Positions 37,057-48,418 of a DNA stretch of 64,000 nucleotides are shown here, one piece after another; positions within the stretch are counted from its first letter, which is position 1; each line of letters begins with the position of its first letter. The stretch lies in the NCBI GenBank assembly GCA_964187785.1, contig OZ076409.1, positions 14,262,001-14,326,000 of the forward strand, given 5' to 3'. The DNA is from Amphiscolops sp. MND2022 (lineage: Eukaryota). The notes beneath the pieces are model-generated. The model ran no database searches and was not told the DNA's origin. It saw nothing but the letters and a program-made list of their open reading frames with translations. The position numbers and the translations under genes are program-made.

Positions 37057-37850
37057 TGTTTGTGCCCGCGTGCACAAAGGGGGGTTTGTGGCTGCTAACT
37101 TGGGAGCATAAAAGGCTGATGAATGGATTGAAGAATTAATTGATTAGTTGTTCAAGTATAAAGCAAAGTTGGTTTACATTGAAGATTAAGTTAAAAGAAA
37201 GTTAACAGGAATGGGAATTATGGCTCAGTTACAAGATTACGGCTCATGAAGGAACCAGCAGCTAGCAGTGAAAGTTTAATGTTTGATTGACCCGAGCAGT
37301 GCCTGTCTCCCATGTTATTTCAACTCTAAGTGTCCTAGGAAGGGATTCACAAAACGTTAAATTTACTTTAGCAGGTACCAGACAAGTCATTGTCTGGGAA
37401 ACAACTCTTTCCTTGACTTTTTAATTAAAACCGGTAAAAATGTAACGCAAGTTGAATCGGCTTTGTACCGATTCCAGCAAGTTCAAAGACATTTGAACAT
37501 GCTGCACAAAAGCATTGTTTCAGTATGGCGTGGTGAACTGAATGAAATATGATTAAATTACGTAACGTTTGAACTGAAGGCACCTCACTATGAAAATTGT
37601 TGAGGTGTCATTCAAGTGATTGACATGTATCGACGAACGACCGAAATGAGCACGAACGACCGAAATGGTACGTTCGTTGGTAAACACGAAACGCAAAACA
37701 TTTTTATCAATGCAAAAGCAAAGCCCGAAAACCGAATGACCGTTAAAGTTCTGTTATGTTCAAAGAGAACGGTTACGTAAGAGTTATCCGAGTTACTCCT
37801 CTTTCAAGGTTGCTATGAAAGCATGATTAGTTTAGTTCGTGTCCCGAACA
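37057..37850 (-). repeat. BEL 3' LTR
   Basis: tgtttgtgcc...gtcccgaaca; five substitutions seen by eye relative to the 5' LTR. Confidence 0.97.
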
Positions 37851-40800
37851 TCCCGGGCCCCGTTCCTGGTCACAGGAACCAATGTCTGGTAAAGGAACAA
37901 GCTTCACCAAAGGACGAACCAATGAACCTGACTTCGTTTTTAAAGTTGCGGACCGGACACGACCATCATCGCCCAAGTGCAATTTATCAACACGCGCCAA
38001 TGAATAAGAGCCTCTAGGACTATCGGTATCCACGATCCAAACAAGTGAACCAACAACCAAGGGACAAGACGAATCAGAAACCCATTTACTACGGCGCTGA
38101 AGTTGCGGGACATAGTCCGAAAGCCAACGTTTCCATACCCAGTCAACATGCGATTGGGTTTGTTTAAAAACACGGCGATGTGAGAAATCTGAAGGTAGAG
38201 TTAAACCGACAGGCAAAAAGACAGTCAAGCGATTAAGTAAAAAATGATTAGGGGTTAATGCTTCAAGGTCTTGGGGATCAGAACTAATTGCTGTCAATGG
38301 TCTGGGATTGAGAATTTGTTCGACAAGGCACATGGTGGTTGAAAGCGTCTCTTCAGTGAGACGACGGCTCGACAACACGGCAAACATTGCCTTCTTACAA
38401 GGCCGGACAAGTCTCTCCCATGCTCCTCCAAAATGAGGAGATGCTGCTGGGTTAAACTTCCAATGACAAGAACGCTCAGCTAAAAATGAATGAATACTTG
38501 TATCATTTTTCAACAAAAATGCAAACTCTCGAAGCTCTCGAGCAGCCCCAACAAAGTTAGTGCCATTATCTGATTCAAAAGATGAAGGTACACCTCGGCG
38601 AGCAATGAACCTTTGTATGGCTAGTAAACAAGAATCGGTACTGAGACCATGACAAACCTCAATGTGCACGGCTCTTGTGGTGAGGCACGTGAACAAACAA
38701 CACCATCTTTTATGCGACGAACGGCAAAGTTTTATCTCAAATGGACCAAAGAAGTCAATGCCAGTGAAAGTGAATGGCATTTTGTCGAACCCCAACTGGA
38801 CGCTCAACTGGAAGGTCAGCCATTTGCGGTTGAAGTGACTTAGGCTGACGTTTACTACACAAAACACATTTCATTTTAATGAAATCCGTCTAAGTTCACA
38901 CCTCAACCCGAGGATCCAAAACTTTTGCTGTATTACTGACCATAGGTACTCAATGCCTTCATGGAAATTATCGGTGACATGAACTTTGCGCAAAAAAACT
39001 TTCACCGCTGGATGGGTTGCAGAAAGTATTATAGGATGCTTCTGCTCAAAAGGAAGGAATGAAGCCTTCCGAATTCGGCCTTGGGCTCTCAAAAGCCCGC
39101 TTGACAAAAATGGCAGCAACGGAGCGATCCTGGATGAGTTCGCAACGGGTTGCCCTTTTTTCAACGCTTTGATTTCATTACTGAAAGACTCTGCCTGAAC
39201 ATGTTCCCGAATCACATCTTCGGCCGATGCCAACTCATGAGCGGAAAGAGAACAACTACTCTCTTGAGCTTCGCACTGCTTACCACCGCGTGATGACAAA
39301 TATCGATCACTGAAGCGTTTGACGTAAGCTACGATTCGACAAATTTTTGCAAAACTCGAAAGCTTGGACCACAAGTGTGAAAACACTGAAGACAACAGAG
39401 AATCCCCGGCGACTGTTGCCGTCAGAAGTGAATTTTCCTGAATAGGAAGATCTGTCTTCGGCCACTGGTTCTGGTCAAGTTTCAGAAAAGAGGCCCCAGT
39501 GAGCCACTCCGTACTCATTATTTCATTACACTTCAATCCTCTCGTGCCAAGGTCGGCAGGATTCAAAATTCCTGGTACAAACCGCCACTGATCAACCGTT
39601 GTGTTATCGAGGATTTCTGCGACCCGATTTGCTACGAAAACTGCGAGTTTTTTCTGAGAGGAAAAAATCCAATGAATGACCGTGGAACTGTCGCTCCAAA
39701 ACCAACAACGTTCAACATCGAACGGCAAGAAGGACTTGAGTGCTGTACAAAGTCGCATGCCAATCAAGGCTGCTTGTAACTCAAGCTTCGGTATCGTGCT
39801 AGAACGGATAGGTGCAACGCGGCACTTCCCGACTACAAAATTGACAAACACTTCTTCATTACACATGGATCGCACATAAACCACAACACACATGGCTGCT
39901 CGGGATGCATCAACAAAAGTGTAAAGTTCATGGTTTGAATGACTGGACTGAGTAAAACAACAACGAGCTAACTTCACGTTTGGAATGACATCTTTCTCAC
40001 CATTCCATTCATGGAACAAGTCATTGATGTTTTGCGGAACGACAGTGTCCCATGACTGTCCTATGCAACACCACAAATCTTTTAGGATTAAACGACCGCG
40101 AATGGTGAACAGGGCTACGATGCCTAACGGATCGTAAACTGAAGAGACTGAAAATAGAATTTTACGTTGGGTTAACTTGGCCGGAAGATCGTTCGAAACA
40201 CCACAAGACACAGAAAAAGTATCATCTCGCGTATCCCAGTTGATCCCAAGAACGCTAACACTTCCAACGTCAGAAAAGGATGGATTTGCAAAAGCAATGT
40301 CTTGGTGTTTTGACTCAAATCCCGATTCGCTATTCGTGATGAATTTGGTCAAGTTGAACCCACCCCGTTTCATCATCTCAACTAACTGAGTCATGACTTC
40401 AATGGCTTTTTCGGCCGATGCGAAAGACTTCAAAAAATCTTCGACATAAAATGAGTCGAAAACCGATTCGGTGGTTTGAGGAAAATCATCTTTGTTATCG
40501 CTTGCTACTTTTTGCACAGCAAAGTTAGCGCAAGTTGGCGAAGACTTCGCTCCGAAGATGTGTCGGGTATATTGAAAAATTTCAAACTCATCAGAGACAC
40601 CCTCCCGCCACAAAAATCTTAGAAAATTCTGCTCATTCACAGGGACTTCGATTTGCATGAACATTGCTTCTATGTCTCCACACACTGCAACAGGGAACAA
40701 ACGAAAACGTATCAAAATTCCAATAAGATCGCACAACAAATCTGGACCAGGCAACAACACATCATTCAAAGAAGTTCCACTGAACCTACACGCAGCATTG

Positions 40801-43692
40801 CAAACACGCCTGAGTTTATCAAGTTTATGTGGATTTTGCACGGGATGGTGAGGAAGATACCATTGTTGCGAATTCGAAGTGAACTTTAATCCCCCCAGTG
40901 ACAGATTGCGTACATAACCTTTGACAAGGATGCTTTTATTGTTTCAGAATAAAGAGATTTGATTTCGGGAGTTTTTTCTAATCGTCTTTCGAGACTTAAT
41001 AGGTGGGCTTTGGCTTGCCCAAAATTATTTGGCAGTTTGATGTGTTCAGTTTGCCACAGCATTCCAACTGAATAACAAGAACCATTGAAGTGACAGGTCT
41101 CGTTCAAAATTTTCGAAGCCTGTTTGTCACTTTTAGATCTCGGCTGTACATTGACAAACGAAAAGTAGGACTCAAGCGCCCACCACTTTGACACTTGGGA
41201 TGACAAATGTTCGGCGCATCCATCGCTTTTGTCCGAATTGGTTTCAGTAGAAGAAAACATGCAACAACTTTCCTTCAGTTGTTTGCAATTAGGCAGCGGT
41301 CCGCTAACAACCCAACCGATAGGTAACTGGACGGCCCATGGAAAATGTTTATCCGAAGTACTATAACCACTATAACCAATAGGACAGATGGCTGAGAACA
41401 CATCTTGACCAAGGATCACTGAAAGTTTGGAGTAATCAATAACGTCAGCAACAACATGTTTCAGATGCGAGCAATCATGTTTGAGATTCCGAAGATCTAG
41501 TATTTCATTGCCCAAGTACAAACCGGGTCTCACCAAAGCAGAAAATTTCAAAGAAACAAATTTGTTATCCTCTAACGAAAAAAGTTCCAAGTCTACACAA
41601 CGAGTGCTACCTTCAATGGTCCCAGTAACACCGCGAACAAAAACAACTTCATGAGAACCCTTCAAACCCATTTCAGAACGCAACTTCTCAGACACCCACG
41701 AACGGGTACTCCCGGTATCACAAAGTGCCCAAGCCTTTGCTTCAGAGGAACCATTCCTCAAACCAATTTCTAATACCTGCAAGGCTTCTCTGTGAGCTTG
41801 CGCAACAGTACAAGAAGCGATGGAGTTTTCTGACGCAGTTGCTATTCCGGTGGCTTTGCCAGACTTCTCGCTGTTTTCAATGTGTAAAAGAACATTGTGG
41901 GACTTTTTGCAACCTTTTTTGATGCACTTCAAATCCATCTTACAATCTTTAGACATATGACCGGCTTGAAGGCAAGAAAAACAAAGTTTACTATCTCGTG
42001 CGAACGTACTTCGTTGCTTAACAGATTTGCCAAGAAATGCACCGCACTTCCACAGTTTATGACTACCCTGACAAAAGGCACATGAATTGTGGTTATTTCG
42101 TTGTTTATCGGTTGAGTTGGAGACACTAGTTGCAAAGAAGTTTGCTCTCCGAACCCTTTCAGGTTTTTGTTCACATTTTTCTCTCTTTGTAGATGATAAG
42201 AGAAGGCGTTCATGAATCATCGCTTTCTTCTGTAGCCAATCACGAAAACTAACTATATTCACTGTAGACTTCGAGTTCTCAGTGAATGCGAACCACTGTT
42301 CTCTAAGATTTATAGGGAGTTTAGACACAAGAAGAGACGAATTACTAGAGGATTGCAAGTCACTAAAATACTGCTCGGACGAGAGAACGGATACAAATGC
42401 ATCCACTGCCTGGCAGAACTCAATGATCGCTTCCGAATTGTGCATTTTGACAGGCGGATGCTTACTCATCTTGTCTATTTGTGCACCTACGACTAAGTGG
42501 GGTGAGCCAAAGCGTCGCTGCAGGGCAGCGAAAGCTTGCTCGAAAAAATTACCACCAAAACCAAAACCCTCTATTGTCGCTTTGGCTTTCCCGGCTGTGA
42601 AAAGCTCCAAGTATCGCATCTTGTGATCATTTGAAACAGATGGATGACAACGTCGATTGGAACATGCCCTTCCATTCGGGCCATTTCAATGGATCTCCCG
42701 AAAAACATTCAAGATTAGGTTTTGGTAAAGATTCCTGAAACAAACGAGTATCGAAAAAAGATTGTGAGTTTGCCGCATGGTAATCCAGTTTGCACAGTTG
42801 GAAATGCATGGTTCGATGGAGGAACCAAAATAGGAACTGCATTAGTAGTTGAAGAATTTTGTACGTGAAATTGCACGTTTTGAGCTGGGGCACAATTCGA
42901 AAAAATCGGCTTGTTCACAAAGCCAGGAGATGGATTCCTAGTACAGTTCAATTGAGTTGTTTGCTGGTTTGGTACAAAATTTGAAGAACTACTAAGAGGA
43001 AAATTACCAGCACTGGTAACGGCCGTTTTTGCAAAAGACAAAATCGGTTCAGAACGAACTTCAGTACTTTCACGATTTGCTACTATGTCATTGACCCATT
43101 TTGCGGTTTTAGTAGCAGCATTCTCTTTTGCTGAAATCACTGACTCTTCCGGATCGTTGTCTGACTCATCGTCCTCAATGCTGGCTAAACAAGCTTTATC
43201 TTTTGCAGCTTGTACCTTTTTACGCGTAGCTTCTTCAATTTGTAAGGCTTTCATGTGCATTTCATCTTCTAATAACTTTTTCTGCGCCTCAGCTTGTCTT
43301 TCCAGCTCCTCTTGTTCTAGTTGCAATTCAACTAGGGCGCGAGCTTTACTAGACGTTTTGGAGCGTTTAGTAGACTGTTTTGATTTCTGAATTTTTGGGG
43401 ACTGCGCAAAGACATAGTTACGCGCTTCTTCAAGCGATTGCTTACAACGATCATTCACTTGTTCCGCGTTAGCAGTTGCTTCTGCGCGAACACCTTCGGA
43501 ATCACTTTTTGACAACTTTGTATTTTTCTCTGCAACGATATGTTGCAAGTTGTTACACTCGTCAATCAAGGCCTGTACTTTTATTTTCCGGCAACTTCGA
43601 TTGACATTGTCATCGAGTGCATCAAGGGCCTCAAATAACTTTTTTGTAGACTTTTCTCTATCCAAAAGAAGTTTTTCAATCTTTTCTGGCAT
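37827..43692 (-). pseudogene. BEL gag-pol polyprotein, broken by several frameshifts and stops
   Basis: DUF1759-like FSGDPLKWPEW; three Zn knuckles (CAFC..H....C, CFSC....H....C, C....C...H...LH); protease LCDTGS; RT DIEAMFMQI, FGAKSSP, YVEDF (mutated YVDD); RNase H FVDAS, IPKLEL; integrase IDFFGP, SDNGTNF, WERLV. Confidence 0.96.
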
Positions 43693-44181
43693 TGCGAATG
43701 TTCGCTCAACCAACTATTTTCAAAATCTTTCAAACTCGCTTATCAAACACTGACAAAAAAAATCAACACACAAAGCTGAACTCGCACGATCCTCAAACTT
43801 CAAACTGAAATTTCAAAATTTTCAAATTCAAAAAAAAAGTTTCAGTGGGCGATCCGTCAGAGACGAAGACAACAGGAGTCGGAGTACTTTGTGCACTATC
43901 AACTCCTTTTGTTCCGAAAAAAAACTAATTTTGTAGGCTACCGAAACAAAAGTTAGAGTACATCCGGTTGTACCTCTGCCTCTTGTGCTACCGTACAAAA
44001 AACAAAAAAGGAGAAAAACTTCTGTCCTAACTTTTTGTTATCCCGTATGTGAGGGCAAAGGAAGAAAAATGAGAAACACGGTACTACACCCAAAATTTGC
44101 GAAAACCCAAGCTAGCTACTGATTCCGGTTACTAAAATGGCAAGGCACGGAAATGGAGGCAACATGTAACGTGAAGGAAAC

Positions 44182-44320
44182 AAGAGCATAGGGCTCAATA
44201 AGGGAATGAAAGAGCATATGGCTCGATAAGAGATCAATACAGCATGAAGCTCGATTAGGAGATTAACAGAGCATAAGGCTCGAATGAAATTAATGAGGGA
44301 GCATAGGGCTCGATGAAGTG
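44182..44320. repeat. Degenerate ~29-bp tandem repeat (about 5 units) in the BEL 5' leader; mirrored at ~60780-60915
   Basis: Recurrent agcatnnngctc(g/a)at core. Confidence 0.8.
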
Positions 44321-44976
44321 AAAAAACAGCACGAAGGGCAAGTCACAGGAAAAGTCAAAAACTGAGCCCAAAATGAATACAAACTGCGAAAATTAACGTT
44401 TGGTTTGAATAAAATCAAAAACTTTCAAAAATTAAAGCACAAAATAATGGGCTTCCAGTTTTCAAAGCGGTTTTGCTCAAATAAGTACTTTTCTAATCAA
44501 TGAAATGGAAAAAGCTTTGGAAAAATTCGGATGAATCAGCACAGAAAAACAGCAAAAAACAAAAGGCAAGATTTTCGGAATTGAGAGTACGTACAGCGCT
44601 GATGCTGGCTAAAGGGAAAGACGAAAGGACAAAAAAATGGCGCTGATGCCAAAAACAAAGTTCTAAGTTCACAACTCACGACCCTCGAACGGGCAACTGC
44701 ATTCCTCTTCATCGTTTCTGCGACGAAAACCCATGTCGTTACTGCGACGAACAACGCTGCGACGATGGAGGTGAAGATAATAAATAAGTAGAGGAACTAC
44801 GAAAGGTTGTAGGGACTGAATCTTCCAGCGGAACGGTTGACGTGCTCCACCCAGAAACAAAAGGCCAGTCCAAGAAACCAGAACCTTGCCCTGACGTCCT
44901 CCACCAAACAAAAGTGTTGTTTCGATCACGACTTCACAACGGTCACTCCTCCAGACAGCCAGAAAAGAAAGCGAAT

Positions 44977-44992
44977 CTCAGTTGGTAGAGTA
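44977..44992 (-). promoter_or_regulatory. Putative non-canonical primer-binding site
   Basis: Sense strand after the LTR reads TA-CTCTACCAACTGAG, the complement of the tRNA D-arm sequence CTCAGTTGGTAGAG. No TGG start. Confidence 0.6.
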
Positions 44993-45786
44993 TGTTTGTG
45001 CCCGCGTGCACAAAGGGGGGTTTGTGGCTGCTAACTTGGGAGCATAAAAGGCTGATGAATGGATTGAAGAATTAATTGATTAGTTGTTCAAGTATAAAGC
45101 AAAGTTGGTTTACATTGAAGATTAAGTTAAAAGAAAGTTAACAGGAATGGGAATTATGGCTCAGTTACAAGATTACGGCTCATGAAGGAACCAGCAGCTA
45201 GCAGTGAAAGTTTAATGTTTGATTGACCCGAGCAGTGCCTGTCTCCCATGTTATTTCAACTCTAAGTGTCCTAGGAAGGGATTCACAAAACGTTAAATTT
45301 ACTTTAGCAGGTACCAGACAAGTCATTGTCTGGGAAACAACTCTTTCCTTGACTTTTTAATTAAAACCGGTAAAAAGGTAACGCAAGTTGAATCGGCTTT
45401 GTACCGATTCCAGCAAGTTCAAAGACATTTGAACATGCTGCACAAAAGCATTGTTTCAGTATGGCGTGGTGAACTGAATGAAATATGATTAAATTACGTA
45501 ACGTTTGAACTGAAGGCACCTCACTATGAAAATTGTTGAGGTGTCATTCAAGTGATTGACATGTATCGACGAACGACCGAAATGAGCACAAACGACCGAA
45601 ATGGTACGTTCGTTGGTAAACACGAAACGCAAAACATTTTTATCAATGCAAAAGCAAAGCACGAAAACCGAATGACCGTTAAAGTTCTGTTATGTTCAAA
45701 GAGAACGGTTACGTAAGAGTTATCCGAGTTACTCCTCTTTCAAGGTTGCTATGAAAGCATGATTAATTTAGTTCGTGTCGCGAACA
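44993..45786 (-). repeat. BEL 5' LTR
   Basis: 794-bp direct repeat of 37057-37850. Confidence 0.97.
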
Positions 45787-46528
45787 TTTCCATTTTTTCA
45801 AAAGATCGCGGTGTTTCTTCGATGCCGAAAATACTAAATAGCCGTCTATGCTCGCAAAACGCTGTTTCTGCTAAAAATTGAAGTTGGGCAACTCGGTTGT
45901 TTCAAAAGTATTTAGAAAAGTCTCATAGTACAGAAAAACAAAGAGCCCTTTGGTCGTCCCTCTACCTTTGCAAGCATAAATAAAAACTTCGAAAAAATTC
46001 TCACACTGCTGAAAGTGCAAGAGTGGACAATTTAAGCTTTTTCATCTGCCAGTTGGTTGCAGAACATCAAAATAACCGAAGAGGGACCCTTTTATAAGGA
46101 AATTTTGGGAAAACGATACCTACCAAAACAGCAAAAACAAACTGAGTTTCTTAGTAACGACAAATACTTAAAAAACTATGGTCTCCAAAAATGGTACCCT
46201 TTGGAAGCACCAGAGATTGCTTACTAGTAAAGTGGGAGCGCAAAGAGAAATTCTGTAAAAAGTGGACCTTTCAGTGTGAGGTCTGTATTCGAGAAAAAAG
46301 TCACCAAAAGAGTCGAGCTTTTTTGTTTAAAACGCACTTGTTTAAATGAAAACCCGAAAGAAGACCCTTTGTTGAGAAGTTTCATCCAAAAAAGTAGCTT
46401 TGTGCCGAAAAAATCCGTGCCGTCGAGAGAAATAAATTTGGTCTCGTCTAGCTTTGCAAAGATGAAAAAGTAGTCCTGCGCAGTATTCAAATTCCTGACC
46501 TACCTAGAAACTTTTTGCTTCAACCAGG

Positions 46529-48418
46529 ATTTGAATTTTTGAACAGGGAATTGTTTATAGACGTAAACTCTTCAAGGTAAGCCGGAGGAAAAAGCCTCTG
46601 CAAGGTTAAAAAAACACTGAATTCCTTAATTAAAAGAGACATCATTTTGTTTCCTTAAAAAGGCAGTGTGATTATTAATAAAAACAATAAAAAACACTAA
46701 TAAACAACAAACTAATGCATTAATAATAAAATTTAACTAAAGCGGTAATCTCTCCAGCATTTTTTTCTATGTTCCGGTTGTTCAATTTCTTTCGCTATTT
46801 TGTTTGAGAAGTGAACTTTATATTTGCTTTTAATTGTTTCAGCGGAAAATTTCTTTTTGACCAGACAAGATGGTAGGCTATTCCACAGGGGTAGAGTCCT
46901 TATGAAGAAACTTTTTCTCATGAATTCATTAGAGATTTTTGTATTGCATACCAGTTTCTTCGTTCTACTGTGATACTTCATTCTAGCTGTTGGTATTGTA
47001 TTAGGACCACTGAAGGCTGGTAGTAGGTTATTGTGATATTTCCAGAAGTAAAAACATGATTTATAGTCAAGAAAAATTCTTATTGGAAGTATATTGTGTT
47101 TAATTTTCAAATCACTAGATGAGTCTTGCTTTTGACGATTAAAACAGGCTTTTACACCCCAACTCAATTGTTTTTCAAGTGTTGTTAAGAGATTTTGTGA
47201 AATGCCTTGAAGCAAAATTGCTGGATAATGAAGATGACTAAGAACTAGAGCATTCAGAAGCAATAGACAAACTTTTTCCGGCAAGAATTGTTTCACTGCA
47301 TAAATCGTTTTGATACCACAGGCCATTTTCTTCAAGACATGCTTTACTTCATTTTCGTAAGTTAGATTTTGGTCTAAGTAAACTCCAAGATACTTTACAA
47401 AAGAACTAAGACTTGTGGAGTGATTTTTCACTTGTAATTTGAGATTTTTTGTTAATTTGTTCTGAGAATTTTTGCAAAAGACAATGAATTCGGTTTTATC
47501 TTCATTGAGATTAAGTCTATGACTTTCGAAATATTCAACTAATTTGGCAATATTTTTTCAAGTCGTTGTTTAGCAGTATTGACACATTTGTCGGCAACAA
47601 AAAGAAAAATATCGTCTGCATATTGGACTATTTTACATGTTTCGTCAATCATTTTCTGCATACTGTTAACGTAGAGGTTGAATAATAGAGGTCCAAGAAT
47701 GGTACCCTGTGGAACACCTTGATATAGGCTAATCCAATCTGATGATGTATTTTGAAGAATTACTTTTTGAGTTCGGTTGGTCAAATAGCATTTAATTAGG
47801 GCAATTGCAGTAGAATCGAAATGATATCCTTCAAGTTTTTTTCAAAAGAATTTCATGGGAGATTGAGTCAAAAGCTTTTGATAGATCGAGGAAGGCTGCC
47901 TCTACCATTTTATTGTTGTTAATATCTGATCTGATATTTTCAGTGGCATACAAAAGGGCATCAGTTGTTGAGAATTTTGCACGAAATCCAATTTGGAAAG
48001 GACTTAAATAGTTATGTTTATTAAGATATTCAACCATTTGATTACGAATTACCTTTTCAAAAGTTTTTGAAATTGCCGATGTGATTGAGATTGGTCTATA
48101 ATTGTTTGGTTCTTCGGTGTCACCATTTTTGTATATTGGTACAACATGTGCTCTCTTGAGATGATTCGGAAACCTTCCTTCTTCTAAAAATGCATTTATT
48201 AAGTAGGTAAGAGGTTCAGCTATAATGTTGAGACAATCTTTGAGCGCCCAAGCAGGAATATTTGATGGTCCGAGCGGTTTGTTTGATTTTAATTGTCTCA
48301 CTATTTGCTTACACTCAAAAAGTGTAATGGGATTAAACTTGAATGTCGTTTTATTCCTGATTGCACCATCAATAAGTTCCTCACTAAATGTTCTTATTCC
48401 ACCTAAGTAGTCACCCAA
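46529..48418 (-). mobile_element. CR1/L2-group LINE, 3' half (RT and 3' UTR), frameshifted; 3' end approximate
   Basis: NYRPISI, FLDLSKAFDSI, GVPQGTILGP, YADD and KYLGV, split across 47831-48448, 47539-47784 and 46733-47431. Confidence 0.95.

Larger units (their letters stand above)
33836..37733. repeat. 1949-bp tandem duplication (two copies) including the BEL flank and part of its 3' LTR
   Basis: Identical ORF sets at offset 1949 (33846/35795, 34120/36069). Junction aacc|tttttttttac at 35784/35785. Confidence 0.95.
37057..45786 (-). mobile_element. Full-length BEL/Pao LTR retrotransposon, defective
   Basis: 794-bp LTRs with TG...CA ends; 5-bp TSD tttcc (37052-37056, 45787-45791); gag-PR-RT-RH-IN order; PPT-like ggaacggggcccggga before the 3' LTR. 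Confidence 0.98.

Noticed and set aside
44960..45060. tRNA gene suggested by the A-box-like ctcagttggtagag
   Set aside because: No B-box or cloverleaf follows; interpreted instead as a PBS.
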